Source: a candidate division WWE3 bacterium UBA1397
Lineage (GTDB): Bacteria > Patescibacteriota > WWE3 > UBA101185 > UBA10185
Length of the DNA stretch: 33,123 nt
Assembly: GCA_002305205.1 (NCBI GenBank)
Contig: DBQJ01000009.1
Span: forward strand, 31,818-64,940
Direction of reading: 5' to 3'
Below, one piece after another: positions 8,803-16,654 of the stretch (position 1 is the stretch's first letter; the number at the start of each line of letters is the position of its first letter). The notes under the pieces are model-generated. The model saw nothing but the letters and a program-made list of their open reading frames with translations. It made no database searches and was not told the origin of the DNA. Position numbers and translations under genes: made by a program.

Positions 8803-11433
8803 ATGCCCTATAAAGACAATAAAAATAACAAACAGAAGAAAGATAACGAGACGGAAAATAATACAAATGGAATTGAGGAAGTTCAAGAAATTAAAGGTAA
8901 AGAAGATATTGATCCTAATATTCTACCCACGGATATATCGGAAGAAATGCAGTCTGCATACTTAGATTATGCTATGAGTGTTATCGTCTCCAGAGCTCTT
9001 CCTGATGTTAGAGATGGTTTAAAACCCGTACAAAGAAGAATTATATACGCTATGCAGGATCAGGGTATGGATTATTCAAGTAAGTTTCATAAATGTGCTG
9101 CTGTGGTAGGAGAAGTTCTTAAAAAATACCACCCTCACGGAGATGTTTCTGTTTACGATGCTTTGGTTAGAATGGGGCAGGATTTCTCTCTTAGATACCC
9201 TCTTATTGTTCCCCAGGGTAACTTTGGAAGTATAGATGGGGATCCTCCTGCTGCTATGAGATATACGGAGTGCAAATTAGACAAGATATCTGAATTTCTC
9301 TTTGCAGATATTGATAAAGATACTGTAGATTTTGCCATGAATGATCTTCAAAATATGGAGCCAATTTACCTTCCTTCTGTGATACCTAATCTTCTTCTAA
9401 ATGGAGCTACTGGCATCGCTGTAGGAATGGCTACTAATATACCTCCTCATAATCTGGGTGAGCTAATTGACGGAATTAATTTTTTAATTGATAAAGCTGA
9501 CAGTATAGGTACTTCCCCGGATAAAAACAGCAAGGAACAGATAGCCTCCATTGATTTTTCCTCTTCTGCTACTGTAGAAGAACTGGTTCAATACATCAAA
9601 GGCCCTGATTTTCCTACAGGAGGGACGATATATGATCAGAAGGAAATGATACAAATGTATGCAACAGGAAAGGGAAGGGTAGTAACCAGAGCTAAAATGG
9701 ATATAGAGGAGAACAAAGGGGGTAAAGTTGCTTTAATTGTAACTGAAATACCTTATATGGTTAACAAAGCTACTCTAATAGCTAAAATTGCTGATCTAGT
9801 CAAAGATAGACGTATAGAGGGAATATCAGATTTAAGAGATGAATCAAATAAAGAGGGTATAAGAATAGTGATAGAGTTAAAAAGAGACGGGGTAGTAAAT
9901 AAAATACAAAACCAATTATATAAATATACTCAGCTTCAGAGTACATATAATTCAAATTTTGTCGCGCTTCTAAACAACGAGCCCAAATTAATGCCTCTTA
10001 AAACTATGCTTGAGGAGTTCATTAAGCATAGACAACAAATTACTATAAGAAGAACAATATATTTACTCATAAAAGCTAGAGAAAGAGAACATATACTAAG
10101 GGGGTTAAAAATTGCTTTGGATAACCTTGATGAGGTTATAAAACTAATTAGATCCAGTAAAGATGCCGATACAGCTAAACAAGGTTTAATTAAAAAATTT
10201 GGACTTACGGATATACAAGCTCAAGCTATACTTGACATGCAGTTAAGAAGATTAGCTGCACTGGAAAGACAGAAGATTGAAGATGAACTTAAACAAATCC
10301 TTACTACTATAAAAGATTATGAAGGTTTAGTAGCTTCACCCCGAAGAATTATTGATACAGTAAGGAAAGACTTAAATGAAGTTAAAGATAAATTTGCCGG
10401 ACCTCGTACTACAAGGGTAACAAAAGGATCTGTTGGAGAATTAAGTGATGAGGATGTGATAGTAAGCGAACCCGTGATTGTCTCCATATCCCAGAATGGA
10501 TACATCAAAAGACTAAAAGAGGATTCCTACAGAAAACAGGGAAGAGGGGGAAAGGGAGTGAGCGGGCAGCAGTTAAAAGAGGAGGATAGTATTGCGGGAT
10601 TAAAAGTATGCGATACCCATGATTGGGGTTTGTTCTTTACTAATAAAGGAAAGGTATATCGTATGAGAGTATGGGATATTCCTGAAGCCCAGAAAGCTGC
10701 CAAGGGAACTCCTCTAGTGAATTTCCTAAGCATGTCTCAAGATGAAAGAGTGGAAGCCTTTCTTACCCTGACAAGTCAGGATTTTGAACAAAAGACAGGT
10801 TCAATTATATTTGTTACGGAATGGGGAACAGTAAAAAAGACTCCCATAGAGGAATTTTCTAATATCAGATCATCCGGAATTCTGGCTATTAAATTAGCTC
10901 TGGAAGATTCATTGGTATTTGCCGGTTTTACCCACGGGTCTGATGAAATATTAATTACTACTTCTTTAGGACAATCCATTAGGTTTAAAGAAACTGATGT
11001 AAGACCAATGGGAAGGGTATCCGGAGGAGTTACGGGAATTAAATTGGGAAAGAAAGGGGATAGGGTAGTTGGAACAGTAATAATATCAAAAGAGACAGGC
11101 GAAGTAGATTTGCTTACTGTATCAGAGTATGGATATGGAAAGAAGACACCTACAGAAGAGTATAAAATACAAAATAGAGCGGGGTCAGGTATCTTAACCT
11201 ACAAAGTAACAGATAAAACAGGGAAATTGGTGTCTGCCAGATCACTTAGCAGGAAGATAAACTCGGATATTCTAATAGCTACATCATATGGGATGGTATT
11301 AAGACTGTCTTCTAAACAAATACCATCGCTGGGAAGAGCAACTCAGGGTGTTCGTTTAATGAAGACCGATGAAAAGGATAAAGTAATCTCAATGGCTGTT
11401 CTGGAAGAAGAATTAGAAGAAATAGAAGAATAA
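8803..11433 (+). CDS. gyrA: DNA gyrase subunit A
   Basis: [36 protein letters not shown] (catalytic Tyr), and a C-terminal beta-pinwheel. It has a Lys/Asn/Glu-rich N-terminal extension of about 40 aa. Confidence 0.97.
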   Translation: MPYKDNKNNKQKKDNETENNTNGIEEVQEIKGKEDIDPNILPTDISEEMQSAYLDYAMSVIVSRALPDVRDGLKPVQRRIIYAMQDQGMDYSSKFHKCAAVVGEVLKKYHPHGDVSVYDALVRMGQDFSLRYPLIVPQGNFGSIDGDPPAAMRYTECKLDKISEFLFADIDKDTVDFAMNDLQNMEPIYLPSVIPNLLLNGATGIAVGMATNIPPHNLGELIDGINFLIDKADSIGTSPDKNSKEQIASIDFSSSATVEELVQYIKGPDFPTGGTIYDQKEMIQMYATGKGRVVTRAKMDIEENKGGKVALIVTEIPYMVNKATLIAKIADLVKDRRIEGISDLRDESNKEGIRIVIELKRDGVVNKIQNQLYKYTQLQSTYNSNFVALLNNEPKLMPLKTMLEEFIKHRQQITIRRTIYLLIKAREREHILRGLKIALDNLDEVIKLIRSSKDADTAKQGLIKKFGLTDIQAQAILDMQLRRLAALERQKIEDELKQILTTIKDYEGLVASPRRIIDTVRKDLNEVKDKFAGPRTTRVTKGSVGELSDEDVIVSEPVIVSISQNGYIKRLKEDSYRKQGRGGKGVSGQQLKEEDSIAGLKVCDTHDWGLFFTNKGKVYRMRVWDIPEAQKAAKGTPLVNFLSMSQDERVEAFLTLTSQDFEQKTGSIIFVTEWGTVKKTPIEEFSNIRSSGILAIKLALEDSLVFAGFTHGSDEILITTSLGQSIRFKETDVRPMGRVSGGVTGIKLGKKGDRVVGTVIISKETGEVDLLTVSEYGYGKKTPTEEYKIQNRAGSGILTYKVTDKTGKLVSARSLSRKINSDILIATSYGMVLRLSSKQIPSLGRATQGVRLMKTDEKDKVISMAVLEEELEEIEE

Positions 11434-11440
11434 TATAACA

Positions 11441-12121
11441 ATGATCTCCGATCTTATTCAATATGAAAAAGCCCTTCTATCCAAAGGAATTGAACTTATT
11501 GCGGGAATAGATGAGGTGGGCAGGGGACCCTTGGCCGGTCCTTTTGTAGCAGGAGCTGTAGTTTTAGACTGGAGTAAAATACTTAGGAATAACGACATCA
11601 TATCTGAAATATATTCGGATAGGAAAAACGGGTATAACTGTATAAAAGATTCAAAGAAATTAACACCTAATAAAAGAGAAAAACTCAGTGAATTCTTAAT
11701 TAATTCAGTAGTCAGCTATTCTATAATAGAAATATCCGTAGAGGAACTTGATGATATAGGTATATCTGAAACTACACAAAAAGCTTTTTATCAATGTATA
11801 GAAAGGTTATCAGTAAAACCTCAGCATGTCTTAACCGATAACTTTGAGATAAAGAAAATTGTTAGAGAAATGCAGACTAATATATCGGGAGGAGATAATA
11901 AATCACTTAGTATTGCCTCAGCTTCAATTATTGCAAAGGTATACAGAGACAGGTTAATGAAAAATATGGATAATATATATCCTCAATATAATTTTTCTTC
12001 AAATAAAGGGTATGGGACAAAGAAACACTTAGACTGCATAAAAAAGTATGGGATATGTCCTGTACACAGAAAAAGTTTCCATCCTATCAGTTCTTATCTT
12101 CATGAACTAAACTGCATGTAA
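11441..12121 (+). CDS. rnhB: Ribonuclease HII
   Basis: GIDEVGRGPLAGPFV, SASIIAK and KGYGT motifs. Confidence 0.9.
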   Translation: MISDLIQYEKALLSKGIELIAGIDEVGRGPLAGPFVAGAVVLDWSKILRNNDIISEIYSDRKNGYNCIKDSKKLTPNKREKLSEFLINSVVSYSIIEISVEELDDIGISETTQKAFYQCIERLSVKPQHVLTDNFEIKKIVREMQTNISGGDNKSLSIASASIIAKVYRDRLMKNMDNIYPQYNFSSNKGYGTKKHLDCIKKYGICPVHRKSFHPISSYLHELNCM

Positions 12122-12204
12122 TTACCTCGTGATATACTTAACAATGTTTGTACGGATAGTTTTTTATCTATGTAAATAGTTTCAAATATCTGCCCGGTAT
12201 AAAT

Positions 12205-13566
12205 ATGAAAAAAACAAAGTACGATGTACTGATAGTGGGAGCGGGTCCAGCCGGAATATTTTCCTGTTATGAATTGTTAAATAAAAATCCGAAGATAAAG
12301 ATAGGTTTAATAGACATGGGTAATAGAATAGAGAAGAGAAAAACAAATGAGGTTATGTCAGGATTCGGGGGAGCGGGGACATATTCAGATGGAAAACTTC
12401 ATTTTACCCCCAAACTGTCACATGAAAGAGTATTCCATCTTATATCCCCCTCCGACTACCAAAAGTTGTTAGACAGGATTGAAGAAATATTCACTGAATT
12501 CGGAGTAGATGCGGAGACATATCCTAAAAATCCCGATGTTGTGAAACAAATATCGGATGATGCACAAAAGAAAGATATTGAACTAATAGTCAGAAAAGCA
12601 AAGCATGTGGGTACAGACAGTCTAAAAAAGGTAATGGTTAACTTTCAGAACTATCTGGAAAAAAGAGGGGTAGATATACTGGATAAAGTAGAGGTAAAAG
12701 ATATAAAAGTAAAGAATAATAAATATACTGCTGTAATAACAAACAAAGGAGACATTATGAGTAATTATGTTATTCTTTGTCCGGGAAGAGTGAAGGCTAA
12801 ATGGCTGCAGGATCTGGGTAAAAAACATGAGATACAGTATATGTTTGATATGGTCGAAGTAGGTGTAAGAGTAGAATTTCCCTCCAGCATCATGAAATAC
12901 CTAGCTGATACGCTATATGAGATAGTATTTAAGATCAGAACCTCAACATTTGATGATGTAATCAGAACATTCTGTTCATGCCCAAACGGTATGGTAGCAA
13001 CAGAGAAATATGAAGATCATGTATGTGTAAACGGGCATTCAAACAGTGATCATAATTCTGAGAACTCAAACTTTGCATTCCTGGTAGAAGTAAATCTAAC
13101 AGAACCCGTAGAGAATTCAATTCAATATGCTCAATCAATAGCTCAATTAGCATCAACTATCGGGGGAGGAAAACCCATACTCCAAAGACTGGCTGATCTA
13201 AGAAAGGGGAGGAGAAGCACCTGGAGTAGGTTATCAAAATCTATGGTTGTTCCTTCATTAAAAGATGTAACTCCGGGAGATATATCTATGGCTTTACCTC
13301 ATAGAATAGTTACTGATATTCTGGAAGGATTGGAAAAACTAGATAAAGTAATGCCGGGAATAAACTCAGGTTCAACCCTTCTTTATGCCCCCGAAGTTAA
13401 ATTCAGATCATCCAAGGTAAAAACTACACAAGATATGGAAACATCAGTAAAGGGAGTATATGTAGCAGGGGATGCAAGCGGTATGTCAGGAACAATAACA
13501 GGAGCAGCAGCAACAGGAATAATGGCAGCAAAAGGAATATTAAAGAATATTAACAAAAAGAAGTGA
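12205..13566 (+). CDS. FAD-dependent oxidoreductase (uncharacterised COG2509-like dehydrogenase)
   Basis: N-terminal dinucleotide fold DVLIVGAGPAGIF. C-terminal GVYVAGDASG...ITGAAATG. Confidence 0.75.
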   Translation: MKKTKYDVLIVGAGPAGIFSCYELLNKNPKIKIGLIDMGNRIEKRKTNEVMSGFGGAGTYSDGKLHFTPKLSHERVFHLISPSDYQKLLDRIEEIFTEFGVDAETYPKNPDVVKQISDDAQKKDIELIVRKAKHVGTDSLKKVMVNFQNYLEKRGVDILDKVEVKDIKVKNNKYTAVITNKGDIMSNYVILCPGRVKAKWLQDLGKKHEIQYMFDMVEVGVRVEFPSSIMKYLADTLYEIVFKIRTSTFDDVIRTFCSCPNGMVATEKYEDHVCVNGHSNSDHNSENSNFAFLVEVNLTEPVENSIQYAQSIAQLASTIGGGKPILQRLADLRKGRRSTWSRLSKSMVVPSLKDVTPGDISMALPHRIVTDILEGLEKLDKVMPGINSGSTLLYAPEVKFRSSKVKTTQDMETSVKGVYVAGDASGMSGTITGAAATGIMAAKGILKNINKKK

Positions 13567-13572
13567 AAAAAT

Positions 13573-13602
13573 CCCGCACCTTTAGAAGAAAAAAGGTGCG
13601 GG
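13573..13602 (-). terminator. Strong intrinsic terminator at the convergence point
   Basis: 11-bp perfect stem CCCGCACCTTT (13573-13583) / AAAGGTGCGGG (13592-13602) with an 8-nt loop. On the minus strand it is followed by AUUUUUUCAC, so it is canonical for the 79-aa gene. On the plus strand it sits 7 nt after the oxidoreductase stop but lacks a U-tract. Confidence 0.8.
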
Positions 13603-13608
13603 CTGGCC

Positions 13609-13848
13609 TTATCTCCTGTAAAAAACAGCCTGGGGATCCGATGATGCTGGAAAAAATTCTACGGTTTTCAGAAGCTTCCACTCCCCTTCTTTTTTTACCT
13701 TCCTGGCCAGTTTCTCGTAGTCCTTTGTTGAAGAGTCGGACTGACGACGTTGCGCAGAACCTACAAAAATTAAATGCAGAGTCAGTACTCCATTCTCTTC
13801 AGAATGGCAACTGAATCTATAGACGTTACCCTGCCAAACAATTTCCAT
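13609..13848 (-). CDS. Hypothetical 79-aa protein, G+C-elevated orphan
   Basis: A strong SD, GAGGAGG, ends about 5 nt before the ATG (AAAGAGGAGGAAGAG-ATG). The stop is followed at once by the terminator above. I recognise no family. My count gives about 43% G+C against about one-third in the neighbours. Confidence 0.65.
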   Translation of the reverse strand: MEIVWQGNVYRFSCHSEENGVLTLHLIFVGSAQRRQSDSSTKDYEKLARKVKKEGEWKLLKTVEFFPASSDPQAVFYRR

Positions 13849-13956
13849 CTCTTCCTCCTCTTTCTGATTGTGATTTTTCGTAACTTAACATATTTTCATT
13901 AATATTGCTATAGGGTAAATAGAATAGGGTATTTATATTGATATAACAAGGATATA

Positions 13957-14964
13957 TTAGTTTAATGTACTTATTTTATTGGATCCTTCGTTCTTTTTAC
14001 CTTCAATATCTTTATGGTACTTTCTATGTACATCTTTTAATCTTGCATTAGTTACATGGGTATAAATCTGCGTTGTGGATACATTTGAGTGACCCAAAAG
14101 CTCCTGTACACTCCTTAGATCGGCTCCTTCACTAAGAAGTCCGGTAGCAAATGTATGTCTTAATGTATGTGGTGTAGCATCTACTGATATTCCTGCTTTC
14201 CAGATATATTTTTTTACCAGTCTTTCTACGCTTCTTACAGTTAATCTTAGTGATTCTCCATCAAAATCCCCCGGTTCCATCTTTTTTCCCGAATATCTAA
14301 TAAATAATGGTTTAAAAGAATCACTTCTTAATGCCAGGTATTTTTTTATCCATGTTATTGCAGAAGGGGAGAGGTATACCGTTCTTGCTTTTCTGCCTTT
14401 ACCAATTACAGTAAACTCTCCACTGTCCAGATTTACTGCATCTCTATCTAAACTAACAAGTTCTGATACTCTAAGACCTGTACTGAATAATGTATCCAAT
14501 ATTGCTCTATCCCTGATACCCGAACGTCTGTTTAAATCCTGTACGCTAAAAAGCATATTCATTTGTTCATCATTTAACACTTTAGGTACACGATCTTCAG
14601 CCTTTCCTAATATAATCTGTTCAGGAGACATAATTTCCAATCCTTCTTCAACTACTAAATATTTCAGAAAAGCCCTAAGAGCAACTAAGAAGGTCTTTTG
14701 GGTAGATCTCTTAAACTCTTCATTACTTTTAGAACTTATACGACGGTTAAGATTTATCCTGTATTTCTTAATCAGATCCTGATCAAGATCAGACAACATT
14801 AAATATTCTTTTTTTAGATACTCTTTAGACCAATCTGCAAAATCATTTAAATAAAAATGATACATTTTCAATGTATTCTTGGATAAGTTTCTCTCAATTT
14901 CGCAGAATTCTAAATATTGGGGTACAGCTTCATTAAATTTTGTATTAAGGCTCATCTTTGACAT
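13957..14964 (-). CDS. XerC/XerD-family tyrosine recombinase
   Basis: N-terminal SAM-like core-binding domain. Catalytic region GLRVSEL (Arg), GKGRKAR, HTLRHTFAT and LLGHSNVSTTQIYTHV (nucleophile Tyr). No integron-integrase extra domain. Confidence 0.9.
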   Translation of the reverse strand: MSKMSLNTKFNEAVPQYLEFCEIERNLSKNTLKMYHFYLNDFADWSKEYLKKEYLMLSDLDQDLIKKYRINLNRRISSKSNEEFKRSTQKTFLVALRAFLKYLVVEEGLEIMSPEQIILGKAEDRVPKVLNDEQMNMLFSVQDLNRRSGIRDRAILDTLFSTGLRVSELVSLDRDAVNLDSGEFTVIGKGRKARTVYLSPSAITWIKKYLALRSDSFKPLFIRYSGKKMEPGDFDGESLRLTVRSVERLVKKYIWKAGISVDATPHTLRHTFATGLLSEGADLRSVQELLGHSNVSTTQIYTHVTNARLKDVHRKYHKDIEGKKNEGSNKISTLN

Positions 14965-14973
14965 TGTTTATTA

Positions 14974-14985
14974 ATTATACGACAT
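14974..14985 (-). repeat. Left copy of an exact 12-nt inverted repeat, ATGTCGTATAAT (read on the minus strand); contains a perfect -10 hexamer 9 nt upstream of the recombinase ATG
   Basis: The plus strand reads ATTATACGACAT. The reverse complement is identical to 15399-15410. TATAAT (14979->14974), then TAATAAACA, then ATG at 14964. Confidence 0.8.
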
Positions 14986-15390
14986 AGATATGGAAATTAT
15001 TTATGTTATTTTTAGTTCTTAGCTATATCCCCATACTTTTAAATATATTTTGAGGTAGATTTACACCTCTTTAAAGAAAAAGCCCGTTAGAATTGATTCT
15101 AGAGCGTCCTGAGATTATATTGCTATAACAGCGTATATGGCACTTTATCCCTCTATTTATACAATAATAATGAAGTATATGTGTACGGGTAGGGAGACAT
15201 TGGAAATTTAAATATAAATAAGTCTGATGAAGGAAATACTAGGGTAATTAGAAATATTAAAATAGAGAAATAGAATAGGGGATAAATAATTTTTTATTTA
15301 CTATAGTGATTATTTAATAATTAAAAATATTCAAGATCTGTTTTTTATTTTGTTCTTTATATTTTTGAAGTAGAGGATCAAAAACTCATA

Positions 15391-15408
15391 TACACGACAT
15401 GTCGTATA
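15391..15408. repeat. 18-bp palindrome TACACGACA|TGTCGTATA (one mismatch; the 12-bp core ACGACATGTCGT is perfect)
   Basis: Read directly. The core spans 15394-15405. The outer pairs 15391/15408 and 15392/15407 match, and 15393/15406 mismatch. Confidence 0.85.
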
Positions 15409-15410
15409 AT
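15399..15410 (+). repeat. Right copy of the exact 12-nt inverted repeat ATGTCGTATAAT; a perfect -10 hexamer (15405-15410) facing rightward into ORF-free DNA
   Basis: Identical to the reverse complement of 14974-14985. The two copies bracket 413 bp (14986-15398). Confidence 0.8.
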
Positions 15411-15426
15411 GTATGTTTAACGACTT
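15399..15426. other. Candidate dif-like / tyrosine-recombinase core site (11-6-11): ATGTCGTATAA TGTATG TTTAACGACTT
   Basis: The arms are inverted repeats at 8 of 11 positions. The left arm plus spacer, CGTATAATGTAT, matches E. coli dif CGCATAATGTAT at 11 of 12 positions. The right arm does not match the XerD arm of E. coli dif. Confidence 0.3.
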
Positions 15427-15644
15427 TATGGGTGGTATAAACCCAGATACTCAAAATAACTAATATAGGGACATTTAATTAGTAGAGAATAACAAATATA
15501 ATTAACGCAATATTTAATTATCCTAATTACTTTATTCTTTTTTAAATGTATATAAATAAAAATAAATATTATGATTATTCACTAAGATTCGCTTCTTTGT
15601 TCGTTATATTTCCTGGGCTGAGAGGTGCCTTTCAAGGGCTAAAG

Positions 15645-15653
15645 TTATCCACA
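15645..15653 (+). promoter_or_regulatory. Perfect consensus DnaA box TTATCCACA (function unproven)
   Basis: Exact 9-mer. Four more TTATCC hexamers with non-consensus 3' ends lie in the same 880-bp gap. Confidence 0.3.
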
Positions 15654-15670
15654 ACCCTCCCCCGGAGATA

Positions 15671-15733
15671 TATGACACTTCTACAGAATTATGTATGACA
15701 TTCGTACAACTAAATATATATGACAATCGTACA
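15671..15733 (+). repeat. Three direct repeats of a 15-mer TATGACA-N2-(C/T)(G/T)TACA
   Basis: TATGACACTTCTACA (15671-15685), TATGACATTCGTACA (15694-15708) and TATGACAATCGTACA (15719-15733), with starts 23 and 25 bp apart. The core GACAT-TCGTA equals the palindrome core GACATGTCGTA minus one base. Confidence 0.75.
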
Positions 15734-15844
15734 TTATGAATTAGCACCCTACCCTATAGTATGTTAATGGTTACGGTATTTATCCGGTGCAATGAGATTT
15801 ACAAAAATATACCACTCACCTACCCACTCTATGTCCCTGTATAT

Positions 15845-16654
15845 TTATGGGGTAAAGAAAATTACTATTCCTAAAAATAATAAAAATATAAAAGTAAATT
15901 GGGTCATCATTTTATTATTAATATCATTTTTGAGATATGAAGATATGTAGGTTAATGAGAACATCAGAACCAATGATATGAGCAAAGCCCTTAGAAATGC
16001 CTCAGTAGGTATAAATGATATAGCTGTACCGATAGAAAAGGTAAGAAAGAAAGTCATAGAACTTAATAAAAATGACTCCCCTATTCCTGATTTCTTTGAG
16101 TCGCTGTCAAATCTTGATACCCACAATTGATACACAACATATAGTGATGAGATAATCCCAATCATAGTATTTTGTACCAAACAATTTGTATCTATTTTAA
16201 ATATTCCGGAAAACAAAGGTATGGCAACAACTACTTGAATTATCTGCGCCCATGCTGTAGCTGCCCTGTATAAGGGTATGGATTCCTCCCTATCTTCAAC
16301 TACCAGAAATATATTATCAACAAGGGATACGAGGTAATAGAACCCGGCAAAGAATATTAAAGCTGTCATTTTTATGATAAAGCTTAAATTAGGAAAAAAA
16401 TGAAAGAATAACAATGAACCTGACAACAATGACAACGGGTTTATTATTGTGTAAAAAATATTTTTTAAATCTATGTTAGGGTACTGAGTAATAAATGTTC
16501 CAAATAATACTATAAATACCACCAATCCTCCTGCAGTATATACATCAAGATGAAGTCTACCTGCTGTAAATAGATAAAGAAATATCGCAACAAAAAGAGA
16601 TTGAAGAAAATATTTATGTTTCTTTTGGATTTTTAATTTAGATGGCAATATCAT
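15845..16654 (-). CDS. Polytopic membrane protein, unknown function
   Basis: 269 aa with about 8 hydrophobic segments. Its start overlaps the ruvC 3' end by 17 nt. I recognise no family. Confidence 0.7.
   Translation of the reverse strand: MILPSKLKIQKKHKYFLQSLFVAIFLYLFTAGRLHLDVYTAGGLVVFIVLFGTFITQYPNIDLKNIFYTIINPLSLLSGSLLFFHFFPNLSFIIKMTALIFFAGFYYLVSLVDNIFLVVEDREESIPLYRAATAWAQIIQVVVAIPLFSGIFKIDTNCLVQNTMIGIISSLYVVYQLWVSRFDSDSKKSGIGESFLLSSMTFFLTFSIGTAISFIPTEAFLRALLISLVLMFSLTYISSYLKNDINNKMMTQFTFIFLLFLGIVIFFTP

Noticed and set aside
13563-13814. Plus-strand 83-aa ORF (GTG start) overlapping the 79-aa minus-strand gene
   Set aside because: It begins inside the oxidoreductase stop region and reads straight through the 11-bp terminator hairpin. 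It has no SD. The opposite-strand ORF has a strong SD and a canonical terminator.
13908-15759. 10-bp inverted repeat CTATAGGGTA (13908-13917) / TACCCTATAG (15750-15759) as mobile-element termini
   Set aside because: The match is short and close to the chance level for this composition. It is better explained as two instances of the recurring ATAGGGTA/GGGTAGG motif. There are no target-site duplications and no transposase.
14965-15844. Known large or housekeeping RNAs in the gap (RNase P RNA, tmRNA, SRP RNA) or a group II intron
   Set aside because: By eye I found none of the hallmark motifs on either strand. These include GAGGAAAGTCC (RNase P P4), a tRNA-like GGTTCGA..CCA end (tmRNA), GGAAGCAGCCAAGG (SRP domain IV) and a domain V hairpin. 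The region is very AT-rich. A covariance-model scan is still needed to be sure.
14965-15844. Calling the gap oriC on the strength of the perfect DnaA box
   Set aside because: Only one canonical box is present. No dnaA or dnaN is nearby. Flanking genes converge on the gap instead of diverging from it. The observation is kept only as a low-interest finding.
13957-15844. An integron (intI plus attI plus cassettes)
   Set aside because: The recombinase lacks the extra IntI-specific insertion between the GKGRK and HTLRH regions. No cassette ORFs or attC-like imperfect palindromes follow on the opposite strand.
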